Below, in pieces: positions 1 through 12,888 of a stretch of DNA of 64,000 nt; positions within the stretch are counted from its first letter, which is position 1; each line of letters begins with the position of its first letter. The DNA comes from Podarcis muralis. Taxonomy: Eukaryota. Position numbers and translations under genes: made by a program. The notes beneath the pieces are model-generated. The model was not told the origin of the DNA. It did no database searches and saw nothing but the letters and a program-made list of their open reading frames with translations. Location of the stretch: positions 39,928,001-39,992,000 of the forward strand of contig NC_135660.1 of NCBI RefSeq assembly GCF_964188315.1. The letters run 5' to 3'.

Positions 1-1496
1 ATCTCACTGAAAGTCATAGGAAAACAGTAAAAATTTCTCTCGCAATTTCACTTTTTAGTTCAGGTCATTCTGATTTTGAAGAGAGAAGTTCCATGCTAGG
101 CCAAGATGACATTTTTTGGCATATAGCATTTTGCTGATGAACAGCAGTTTGGCAAAGGAAAATATGAAAAAGCATAAATAAATGCAAGTGTTAGGGAGGG
201 GGCAGGCACTTTAAGTTAAGGCACCCTATGATTGCAAATAGACATTTGCCTAATAATCTGTGGTGAACAGGAATTGCCTCTGACCAGCTAGGAAGGAAAG
301 CTTTTGCAAGTTGGAAAAAACTTGACTTTTGATTTCTAACAAGTAACTAACAAAGGTTTTGGGGGGCAATCTGACTTTTCAGCAGACTTAGCTACTTCAG
401 CTTTTAATATCTCTTGAAGAATTTGAAATCACTCAAGTGGGATGTTAAGTTAGTAGGGATTGTATAACAAGGTTATTATTGTATCTTGATTGTCATACTG
501 GCTTCCAGTGAATACATTTAAGAACACTGCTGTGCTCTACATACAGTATGTTGCTTTTGTAGCCTTTGGTTACAGAACGACCTAACGGACAGCTTTATGA
601 TATCCCTGCAGCAGTTTCTCCTAATGATGTTTTCCTACATTGAACTACTTGAAGTACTTGTAGATGGTGCTTTCCTTGGAAAAGGGACGTATTAAATGGA
701 GCATTAAAACCCCATATTATGACACTTGCTACTGGCAGGAGCTATGTATTTGTAGTGAATTAAAGCTCTAACCTTTGCTTTCGTTTTGTAGTCCTTCAGT
801 TATTGTTAAGATTCTGTGTTGGTAGCATTTTAATGTATCTTTTGGTATTTATTACGTTCTTCAGCTGGGTTAACAAATGTGTATCATAAAGAGCAACTAA
901 ATGAATGTCAGCTAAACATAGCCTTGTCGCCTGGATATGCATATTATGTGAATGATAGTGTGTGGGGCTAGATGTGGAGCAGTGAGAAAATGTCCAGAAC
1001 TGTGTGTAGACAGACTTGGCACTTTAGCCTTGGGAAATGGCAGCCAGCCAGCCAGTAAGCAGAGTCAGAGCCAAGAGTATCTGAAAAAAAATACCAAATA
1101 TAAAAGCTGGAAGGATTATTCCTGTCTTTTTATTACTGCCCTCCACACTCCCTTAAATATGCAGACCGTTTCCTGTGGTAGTCAGATGCTGATAGCTTTA
1201 CAGGAGACAGGCTCCTGTGTGCTCACTTTAGTCAAACAGGTGAGATCAGAGCCGTAATTGGACAGGACAGAGCTCTGACTTCAGACACTGAGGTTTTTCT
1301 TAAAATGTTTGCTGTATCTTCATCAAAGCTTGATAAGATCACCTTGACTAGTTTGAAGAATTGTATCCTTCTCACACCAAGATAATATCTCTCTCACACA
1401 GGAAAGGAATCTCTGCACTGTGCGTTTGACTGTTGTTTATTGCACTTGGGTATAGATAAGATCAGCAGCTCAGTTTTATGAATGTGTTGGATATTT

Positions 1497-1510
1497 CCAG
1501 CAGAGGGCAG
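1497..1510 (+). promoter_or_regulatory. Putative CTCF motif (CCAGCAGAGGGCAG), with GATA motif AGATAAGA at 1454-1461
   Basis: Full match to the CCASYAGRKGGCRS core; motif only. Confidence 0.4.
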
Positions 1511-1614
1511 TCAAACAATAAAGAATATTGATATCAAAGCCAGTACTTTCCTTCTTTTTGTGGTTAGGGAGGGGTAAAATCAGGAAAATTGGCTGTTCAT
1601 AAATAAATGCTTCA

Positions 1615-2063
1615 TGAGTGCAGAGGAGGGTGACCAAGGTGATCAAAGGTCTGGAAACTAAGCCCTATGAGGAACAGTTGAGGGAGCTGGGTAGCCTGTA
1701 AAAGAGGAGACTGATAGGAGATAGATATCCATCTTCACATATCTAAAGGGCTCTCACATGGCAGATGGAGCAAGCTTGTTTTCTCCTGCTCCAGAGGCTC
1801 GGACCCAAACCAGTGGATTCAAGTTACAAGAAAGGGGGTTCCAACTAAACATCAGGAAGAACCTTCTGACGGTAAGAGTTGTTCAGCAGTGGAATGGACT
1901 CCTTTGTAAGATGGTAGACTCTCTTTCATTAGAGGTTTTTAGGCAGAGGTTGGCTGGCCCTATGTCCTGGATGCTTTGCTTGAGATCCCTACTTTTCAGG
2001 GAGTTGGACAAGATGATGACCCTTGGGGTCCCTTCTAACTCTACAATTCTTTGATTCTATGAC
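1615..2063 (+). mobile_element. CR1 LINE 3' fragment (decayed RT C-terminus and ATTCTATGA tail)
   Basis: Translates to ...[21 protein letters not shown]...SLEVFRQRL; ends ttgattctatgac. Confidence 0.9.
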
Positions 2064-2085
2064 TTGATATTTTCTCGACTTCTAG

Positions 2086-2196
2086 ACTATTATAAAAGAG
2101 GGCATGCTGATGAAACAGACCAGCTCATTTCAGCGCTGGAAGAGACGTTACTTCAAATTGCGAGGACGAACTCTATACTATGCCAAAACAGCAAAG
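2086..2196 (+). CDS. DGKD: DGKD exon 2 (PH domain start; TIIKEGML...YYAKTAK)
   Basis: tctag|ACT...AAG|gtatgt, 111 nt, phase 0-0. Confidence 0.96.
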
Positions 2197-2434
2197 GTAT
2201 GTGGCTGTCCATGAAATTATGGGAGGGTAGTAAGGAATAGGACTCATCCAGTTTGTATGACTACAGCACAAGGGTTACTAGCTACTAAGAGTGTTTACTC
2301 TCACAAACCTGCTACTTAGGAGTTAAGGGAAGTTTTTAATGTATGACATATTGGTGTATTTTTGGTATTTGTGGAAGCCGCCCAGAGTGGCTGGGGAAAC
2401 CACAAATAATAAATAATTATTAAACAAATAATAA

Positions 2435-2481
<47 letters not shown>

Positions 2482-5400
2482 GAGGAGTTCATAATTGTTG
2501 CTTTACTTTGGTAAAACTATTAACTATTCTAAAATAGGAACTGGTTGTCCCTTACTTAAGTACTGATAGATTGTTTGTCTTTGTGTCCATGAGGGCTAGA
2601 AACACAGGAAGCTGCCTTATACAGAGTCAAGTCATTGGACTATCTAGCTTTGTGTTGTCTACACTGACAGGCAGCAGATGAAGTCTCTCTCAGACCTACT
2701 TGGAGATGTTGGGGATTGAGCCTGGGTCCTTCTGAATGCAAAGCAGATGCTTTACCGCTGAGCAGAACATTGATGCCAAAATTATTACAAAGATATGATT
2801 AAATAATAAAAACTGGCATCACATTTCTATATGTAGTAGAAGTTCTACATATATTAAAGGGGGCCTATATTGCTAAGAGCGAAAGGAGGCTGGATCTCCC
2901 CAAAGTTTTTTTCTACATAACATTGGTTGACACTGATCCTAACACCCATAGGATCAAAAAGGATAGGTGTCTCTTGTGACTGGATAGTGAAAGCACTTGA
3001 TATACTGTACATGGATTTCACTGAGAAAGTTAGTACTCAAAAGAGCCTCAGCCAAAACTATGTATACCAAGTGTGTCCATTACCAAGCCCAAGGATCATT
3101 TTGCTGCTTTCTCTCTTGTTTTATTTTCTGCCCCTTTTATCTTCTCAGCAGAGATCCTCAATAGCAGAGGATTAGGGTGAGGATTAGGATTCAGCCAGAA
3201 GGAGATTTTCCCTGCTCCCTCCCTTGGTAGGTCATATTGACTCACCTGTCAAGCACCTGATGTTACTGTTATGTCAGGTCACCTGCTTCTCCTTTGCAGT
3301 GTGACTTGAGTTCAAGCCAGGATGCAAGGAAAAAGGTTCATTTGCACATGCAGGTTGGGTTTAAGCCATGTTTACAAAAGAAGCCCTTCTTGCAAGTAGG
3401 GGTTGCCTGCGTGTTTGGCACCAAGGGCTGCTTGTGGTTTGGCACCAAATTTAAAAGGTGTTGAATGCAAACTCTGCTTGCCAACAAACTGTCAGGAGCA
3501 CATTTGAAGGCTCGCCATTGGTCTACTTCAGCTGTGTCTTTACCTGTCTCACACCTAACATCATATATGTGATGTTAGGGGAACAGGTGATTGTGCCTTT
3601 GAGAATACGGCCTCACAGGCCAAATCAGGATGCTTGCCCAGGCCTAATTTGACCCATGGGGTGGAGGCTCCCCATGCTTGAAATAGACATCTCCTAAAAT
3701 GCCCCCAGATCAAAAATTACATAGCCAATTTAATTTAAATTTAATCAACGGGCTTCCTTGTACAGTGGTACCTCGGGTTAAGTACTTAATTCGTTCCGGA
3801 GGTCTGTTCTTAACCTGAAACTGTTCTAAACCTGAAGCACCACTTTAGCTAATGGGGCCTCCTGCTGCCGCCGCGCCGCCGCAGCACGATTTCTGTTCTC
3901 ATCCTGAAGCAAAGTTCTTAACCCGAGGTACTATTTCTGGGTTAGTGGAGTCTGTAACCTGAAGCGTATGTAACCTGAAGTGTATGTAACCCGAGGTACC
4001 ACTGTACTTAAAAGCATCTGGCAGATGCTTATTTTGGGAGTTCCTGTGGAATAATGAATAGTTATTTCTTCAATTTCTTGCCCACCATGCACCACAGGGT
4101 CCCAGGGTGGGTTACGGCTACTTAAAAATGCAATATTAAAATCAGTTTAAAACTATATATATAATGAGGTCAGAGGTCAGGGTAAAAAGGTGCACCTTCA
4201 CTGTGCAATTTGGGAAGTGCAGGAGGCCCTCCAGTTTAGAGGGATGGCTAGTCATGTCAGGAATTCCCCATACGACAGTGGCTTGACAGGGAAATGGAGT
4301 GTTATAGGTTGCCTCTATGGGAGATGCTGTGCAAATTCTTCGCCTTGCCCTCATCCACACACAGCATGCAGGATTTTGAGGAAGCTCCGATTGTTTGTCT
4401 TGCAGAATCCATCTTATTCTTTGCCAGCACTAACCACCAGAGGCAGTTCTTTTAACCCTTCATTATATATATTTGATTTGTAGCAGTTGTGAAATAAACA
4501 AACAACCTAATTGAAGTTTTACATTTATTTTTCCTTTTCCCAGTCAATCATTTTTGATGAGGTGGATCTGACAGATGCCAGCGTGGCAGAATCCAGCACT
4601 AAAAATGTCAACAACAGCTTCACGGTAGGATTACTCATCACTTTGTGGAATGAAATTATAAAAGTATCTCAGTTCTATTCACAATAATTCCATTGTTGAT
4701 AAAGTAAAAGTGAATTTTAGGCACTATTCAAATAATATACGAATCTGTTATGGGCAAATATTATTGGAGTGAATAGGAGATAGTGGGAGCAAGTGGCATT
4801 GATATTGATGTTTGCCTCCTATGTGCAAAATGGGAGCACGGGGTAGCATTTCAGGAAAAACGGGAAGATTTTCCCTGTGCAACATCTTTTCCCAGCTAAT
4901 TTTCCCAATTTTAATCAATAAACACTTAGACTTGATGGTAGGGAAAGTGGTTAGGGTAGGGCAGAGAGTTGCAAAGAAAAAAATAGTAGATGAGCCAGGG
5001 TCAAGTACACACCTGCTGTTTCTCCCCTGGAAATTACTTGGGGCCCCCACTTTGTACATGGGGGCTGGAATTCTGTGTGTGCCACTGAATGTTCTGGTTC
5101 AGGTGCAACGCTAAACCACATTTTAGCATTGCAAAAATGAGTTCAGGTCAATGGCTAGTGAAAGCAAGCTTAACCTCAAACCATCATTTATGAAAATGGC
5201 TTATTTTACCTAACTAGTAAAAATTACTATCGTTTAGGATTTGGACACACTATAACTGGAAAGTCAAAAGTGAAAGCTTTCAACCGCCTTGTGGCCATGT
5301 CAGAGGAGTGAGGAGGGCTAAGCTCATTTTCACGATAATAAACCATGCTTTAGTGCTAGTCATGAATTCCATATAGACAGATATGAATTCCAAAGAATTT

Positions 5401-8400
5401 TACATAATACTTTTTGCATGTTGATTGTGACATATCATATGATTTTATGTGAGATGAAAAGAGTTAAAAGCTTGGCCAAAATGCACCAATATTCACTTCT
5501 GTAAGAGGACAGCATCATTTCCTGTTGCAGCAAATATTGGATGGATCTTCTTGGGTTGTGCAAGAGACAGAAATAAATTGACATAGCAATCCCATTTGGC
5601 CATAACCTCTGGGAGTTTCTTGGTGTCCACAGATAGACAAATATAAGCAGCAAAAGCTAGAAAAAGAGAAGGTACTTGAATTTTTCCAGCCAGTTCAATA
5701 TGGTCATATTGTTAGTTTCCATTTATGCTGGCAGGAAATTGGTTTAGTTTATTCTGTTTTTATCTCTGCCGCATTTGAATGTTCTGCATGCCTTTGGGAT
5801 CTGTGCAGTATATATGTATTTTAAAGGATGATGGATGGAACTATTTTTATAGTATGTAGAATTTTGGAGGTTCACAGACCAAAGTATATTGTAAGAATAC
5901 TTAAGGGATAGTTTATTCAAGTTAAAGGCCTATTTTTCTATAATCCTGTGGTAGACCATGGCATTGTGCATTTGTATTGTTAGTATATTTTGTTGGTTAA
6001 CTGTGACACCAAAGCTGATGCACACCTGGAAGACATGTCCAGAGCACATCTGGTTCAAGTCTATAGAACCAATTGCAGTTGCTGTAGCCTGATTATATGG
6101 ATAGGGTGGCCATTTTGGGTTTTGAAATCTAGCATAGAGCAGTTGACTACAGGGTGGCTCCAGGGGATGGGGAATAACCTCATGGAGGGAGAGCGTGAGC
6201 CAGCATGGTGTAGTGGTTAAGAGCGGTGGACTTGTAATCTGGTGAACCTGGTTTGCATCTCCGCTCCTCCACATGCAGCTGCTGGGTGACCTTGGGCTAG
6301 TCACACTTCTTTGAAGTCTCTCAGTCTCACTCACCTCACAGAGTGTTTGTTGTGGGGGAGGAAGGGAAAGGAGATTGTTAGCCGCTTTGAGATTCCTTAA
6401 GGGGAGTGAAAGGTGGGATATCAAGTCCAAACTCCACCTCCTCGTCTTCCGCTTCCTCTTCTTCTTTCCTATTTGAGGGAAGCATGCAAGACTAGTTGGA
6501 TAACTACTGCTAGTTGATAACATTCCTTTTAGGGCCAGCTTAGCAATATAAAATTTTCCCCCAAAATGGAGCTTTTATGGGGGGGGGGGGGAGAATAAAA
6601 AAATGCAATACTGTACTCTTTACATACGGAAGGTCACTTTGTTACTTTAGGAACATAAAATGCATTAGTTTAGCATGGAATTATCTCTCGTATATTAAAT
6701 GTTCATTTTATTCAGACAATATTTACAAATTCTTTTTCTAAGTTATCGCTATCACTTCCTGCTTCTTCATATTTCTCATCATATTGTTCACCCGTGTTGT
6801 AAAAAGCTTCTACCATTTCAGATTTATTTATTATTTGTTTATAAAAATATTTAGACTGCTGTGTTGCCAATATGGGGATGATACTCACCTCTATCACTCT
6901 TTTATATGCCATTCAGGAGAGGTTGTGTAGGTGCTGGATCATGTCTGCAAGTAGTGATGGGCTGGATGAAGGCCAATACACTGAAGTTCATGGAACTCAC
7001 AAGTGAAATTAAACAGCTCTCAATTTTGGCCATTGTTACACATCGTGTTAAAACATATTTATTCATCCAGACCCATGAGGTCACAAAGAGTCGGACACGA
7101 CTAAACAACAACAAAAGAGCACTGATTGGCACCATGTTGGGTTCTCCAGAACTCTACATCGATATTAAAAGTAATTTCTAGTGTTAATTTTGGAATTGGT
7201 AGAATATTCTTATTGAGCTACTTCTGCATTGCTGTTCATGGGACTCTCTTAGAAGTAATTGTTTGTGGAGAGAAAGGGGAAAGTAAACCAAGTTTACTTT
7301 TTTTCTTGACTGGTGAGCTTAGCAAAATAAATTAGAACACTGGATTTCAGCTTCATAGGGCATGCTAAACAGATATTGTCCCTTGGGCTCAGAGATTGAA
7401 TTCTCAGGTGGGGTTGTACTATAGCCTAGATGGCACCCATGGAACATCAGCCTCAGACTGCTTGGGTTGCTCATGATGAAGGATCCTTGAGATGCAATGT
7501 GCCAGGTTGTTGTTGTTGTTGTTGTTTAGTCGTTTAGTCGTGTCCGACTCTTCGTGACCCCATGGACCAGAGCACGCCAGGCACCTCTGTCCTCCACTAC
7601 TTCCCGCAGTTTGGTCAAACTCTTTGTTAAAACATCACCCCTCCTAGATTCTGGAAGCTGAATGCTGTCTTAGTGAATCCACTTGACTGGGATGTTTTCT
7701 AACTCTTAATACTGTGGCAATTGTGTTTTTTTTATTATGATAGAAATGTGTTATACTGCTAGCTTATTGATTATGGGGTGTTGGCAGCAGTTTTATGCTT
7801 TGTATAGTTGATATCCTAATTATATCGCAAAAGTTACACTAAGAAAGGTGGCATATAAATATGTTTAAATAACTAAAATAAAGGCCATTCTTAGATTTCT
7901 TTAGCAGGGGTTTTTGAAGTTACTTAGGTGATGTGATTTATGAAGATCCTCTTCACCCATGAAGCAATAAAGGAAAGGAAAGGTGATCACTTCTGTGATT
8001 TATGTACTTCATCCCTTCCACCTTTGGCAGTACTCTTGATCTTTCATCTTTGCATTACTCTGCTGTCATATCCTGCCCGTGAGCAGAATTCTACCAATTC
8101 TGGTGCCTTCATTATACACCTTTAGGTGCCAGGCAAAAGCGTTCCTTTTTAACCAGGCCTTTTAATCAGGCCGTCTGCTTGACATCCTATGCCCTTTTAA
8201 AATGTGGCTCTTTTGGGGGGGAGCTGTTATTGGGTTGTTTTTATTTTGATTATATATATTGTGGTTTTTATGTTGATCTTTTCTGTGAACCACCCTGAGA
8301 CCTCTGGGTATAGGGCAGTATATAAATTCAATAAATAATAATAATACCACCCTCAGTCATCTGGAAGTATCTTGTTAACTCAAATTACTCCACCTTTTCT

Positions 8401-11400
8401 CTTTTGCTCCTTCTTATAAACTGTTTCCCAGAACACCTGTGTGGTGCTGCCGTGCTTTTTTCCTTCAAATCTTTCCTCAGAACCCACTGAAACCTCTGGC
8501 ACAATCCACAATTCCTCATTCCCTAGTAAAACTAAGGCTAAATGTGTCAAATTGAATTGAACATACTTCCTTCCCATTTATCCTCCACTTCATCTGTTGT
8601 CTCCTCTATGTGGACTTTTAGAGTGATATTTATTATAATGGGACAGCGAAGGTAACAAGGACCTAATTCATTTAAGAAGTAACATGTAGTTAGGTTTCAT
8701 TTCATTTGGCACTGATGTAAGTTAAAGGCTTCACAGAAGTTGTGACTCTTGAACTGGGATTTAAAGTGAGAAGTAGCACCACATAAGTGTTCTGGGTAAG
8801 GAGTTCTAGTTAAAAGAGGCCGCATGGAGGAATGGGCAGAGTTTGTTTAAGAGAACAGGAGACCTTTGTGCAGCTAAATATATTTCCAGCTATAAGATAT
8901 TTTTAAGCACCTGCTACAAATAGTGGGTGAACCAGATGATCATTTAATCCAGCATCAGATCCTCATCTGAAATAATCATTTTTGGCGATCACTCATGATT
9001 CCTTCAAAATAATTCAGCAAAACATACTGTCTGGAATGCAGTTTACTCTCCATTATAAACTATTTTAAAACAACATCAATTTCACATTTACATTCTCTGA
9101 TGTTGGAGATTATGTAGGAGAAAGTTCCCAGATAAAAACTGAGACATGTAGTAAGTGAGTGGGCAGGATAGTTTGCTTGGTACTCCTGTGCTATTATGAG
9201 TTTGCAGATGCATGGCATGCAGCAGATCTGTCAATAATCATAATTCTTACCTTAGACCTATTCTCTAAATACTGAGTTGGTGAAGAGGTGGAGTTCAGAC
9301 TCCTGGAGACTTTCCATACACCCTCTTGAGTTAGGAAGTGCCTCTTAGCTCTACCGCAGACCGGAAACAGCATGTTTTCACAGTCAGTGCCTGTCTCCTG
9401 AGTTTGCTGCCAGTAGGAGCAAATCTGTCCCTGCTCCTCCTTAAGCAGACAGCTAATCAGCTTCTGGGGAGTTGCACAGAATTCCTCAAAATTGGCTGAA
9501 TGCAGGAATAATCCTATTAATACCTGCATCAAATTCTGAGGAACTTGCTCATTGTGAAGAAGAGATATAGATGAGGACAGACATGTGGATTAGAAAAATA
9601 CTGTGTGTGAGATGGTAACAAACAAGTCGAGAGAAGTGGACTGAAAGTACTGCACCAGACGCTGCTGAAGACTGCATCTGCTCTTTATTATTAGAAACCA
9701 TCAGAAATTCAGATACTTTAGAGTAAGTTGATCAGGCTCTTTCTGACTCTTTTCTGTTTATTTGTAGTTGGTTAATAATAGAGACACATTTCACTCTTCT
9801 GTACAGTTGCATAAGTAAATGTTTTTATGGGCTGAAAGTACACAGGAACAGACCTTGCTGCCCGAGGTAAAATTAGAAATGTTGTCATATTTTCCAGCAC
9901 AGGAAGGTTGTAGATTGGTGGTCTCTCATAATGTAACACTGGTTATGCAGTGTTATTTGTTTCTTCTCTTATACAGATGAGATAAAGTTGAAGAGTTGTT
10001 TTTATAGATTTAGAGGTGTATGAAAGTATCTATAAAATAGCAGAGTCTTGGGGATGAGAGAGCTTCCTCATTTGTGGAAAGAAGTGTAAGTAAAAACATG
10101 TGGCTGTTGTTTTCTCTCATTAGAATTTTCTCCTTAGAGTTGGTCCTGCTCTGGAATTGCTCTCCCTTGCTTTCTTCTTGCAGGCTTCCCATTATCTTTA
10201 ATCTAGTAAACAAAATGTCTGCCACAGTCTTAGTGGTGCTAGAAGTGGGTATATCTGCCTTGCAAGTAAAAATCTGCTTTCTTGCTTGAAACTGAAGCTG
10301 TACTTTGACATGCTGTGTCCTGTCCCCCATTTCCCTCCCCCACGAGGCTAGTGAGTGAGTACTCTGTACTTCACTCCCTGAGAGTGCAATCCTATGCATG
10401 TTTACTTGACCGTAAGTCCCAAGTAAACAATGGGCCTTACTCCCTGGTAAGTATGTACAGTGGTACCTCGGGTTAAGTACTTAATTTGTTCTGGAGGTCT
10501 GTTCTTAACCTGAAACTGTTCTTAACCTGAAGCACCACTTTAGCTAATGGGGCCTCCTGCTGCTGCCGCACCGCCAGAGCACGATTTTTGTTCTCATCCT
10601 GAAGCAAAGTTCTTAACCCGAGGTACTATTTCTGGGTTAGCGGAGTCTGTAACCTGAAGCGTATGTAACCTGAAGCGTATGTAACCCGAGGTACCACTGT
10701 ATAGGTCTGCAGCCTGAGTTTTCTGGAAGTACCTGATCCTGTAGCATTGTGTTAATAATGCATTAGTGGCAGAAAAGAAGTCAAGATCAGTGGTTGCTTA
10801 TTTGTTCAAAAATGTTAAGTACATTACCTTTTTAAAAATAAACCTGAAGGCATACAGATATCTTTGTTACTGTTGCTATAAGTCTGACTTAGTTTTAAAG
10901 ATTTTTCTGCTTTAAATATAGTGTGTGCTATGTGCCTTGCTACACTCACTGGGACTTAAAGAACTGTCATGTCTCACCTCAGTCTCTCCCTATGAGAGTA
11001 AGGTAAAAAAGATAAACGACCCCTGGATGCGTAAGTCCAGTGAAAGGCAGCTATGGGGTGCGGTGCTCAACTCATCTTCAGGCTGAGGGAGCCAGCATTT
11101 GTCCACAGACAACTTTCCAGGTCATGTGGCCAGCATGACTAAACCGCTTCTGGTGCGACGGAACACAGTGTCAGATGCTGTTTACCTTCCCACCCTATTT
11201 ATCTACTTGCGGGTGGCACTGTGGTCTAAACTACTGAGCCTCTTAGGCTTGCGGATTGGAAGGTCAACTGTTCGAATCTGCGCAATGGGGTGACCTCCTG
11301 TTGCTCTGTCCCAACTTCTGCCAACCTAGCAGTTCGAAAGTACACCAATGCAAGTAGATAAATAGGTACTGCTGCGGCAGGAAGGTAAACACTGTTTCTG

Positions 11401-12837
11401 TGCTCTCTGGCTTCCATTATAGTGTTCTGTCATACCAGAGGCGGTTTAGTCATGCTGGCCACAGGACCTGGAAAGCTGTCTGTGGACAAACTCCAGCTCC
11501 CTCAGCCTGAAAGCGAGATGAGCTCCTCACCCCATAGTTGCCTTTGACTGGACTTAACTGTCCAGGGGTCATTTACCTCTTACCGTATGAGAGTATACTC
11601 TGGGCTTTTAACAATTTGCTGTAGGAAAATATTGGTATATTTGCAGAAAGGCAATGAAATTGCCTTTCGGGGGGCTTGGTTATCCTGGAGATCAAAGTGG
11701 GCTCAGGGCATCTTAGAATACCACTGATATCCTAGCCCACAACTTCTAAGCATAAATGCCAACTGAATGTGGGTGGAGCTGGACCCTTTAAGACAGAGCC
11801 AGGCACTGAGGTATGCATGGGAATAGGGAATGGGATGGTGTGAAACAGTTTGTGAATGGGGTAGACCATTGTGTTGTCAGACAGGAGCAGGTCTACCAGT
11901 TTGTGACTCCAGCTGTAAAGTGCTGTGGCAAGATATATGAGAACACATCTAGTCCTCATAAGATACATGGAGGAAGAAAGGTCTTGCTTAGCCATTCACT
12001 CTCTATAAGGTGCTTCACCCCCTTACCTGTCACCAATGGCACTCAAGTATAAATCTGGACCAGAATTTGCTTGCCTCAGTATGCCCAAATCTCACTGCAT
12101 CAATGAAAGCAATCCCAACATTCATCAAGTGGGGGAGATTATAAGAGTTGTAACATGTGATAGAATAATAGTCCTCCATTATTACCAAACACTTGGGAAC
12201 CCACCCACTTCCATAGTATGCAGTTTGCCCTATTTTAATATAAGTGGCATGCCTGCCAGAATACTAAATTCTTTATTCTAGCTGTTGCCATTCAACTGAA
12301 ATCCTTCAGTCTGCCCACATCCTGTACACCACCAAAGACTAATGCACATTCCAATACCTGTATGTTTGCCAACAGGGAGGGGCGTGCATTTTTACTTCCT
12401 GCAGAATTACCACTCCAGAGCCAGTCAATCTCAACAGCATTTAGCTGACTTCCATATTCTGTAGGAAAAGAAGGAAACACACCCACACCATTGAAGCACT
12501 ACCCCCTGAGCTTCAGTTTCCTACCTCATCCTCTGCAAAATCTGCTAAGAGGCCAATCAGTAGTCCTTGACTTGGTAAGTTACCCACTTAATAATCTTGA
12601 AAATGTACAGTCCCTGGGCAGTATAGGGAGAAACCTGAGAGAAACAAATTTTGGAAACAGGCTGAGCCCAAAGCTATACTGGTACCTATAACCACTTGTT
12701 GTAATATATGGAGAAAATACATTCTTAAAATATACCTGCTAAGAAGTAGGGATCAGTGGTATATATCACTTGATCTGGTGGCTACTATGGAGAGGTTGTT
12801 TTTAGTGATGACACCTTATAAATCAGAGTGGGATAGG

Positions 12838-12888
<51 letters not shown>

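Noticed and set aside
6197-6270. tRNA-like A/B boxes (also 11209, 15850, 23060, 43300)
   Set aside because: They are SINE heads followed by SINE bodies; no complete cloverleaf, so not called tRNA genes
5930-6523. 197-aa minus-strand ORF
   Set aside because: Largely the antisense of the Squam3-like SINE plus flanks; no splice or domain support
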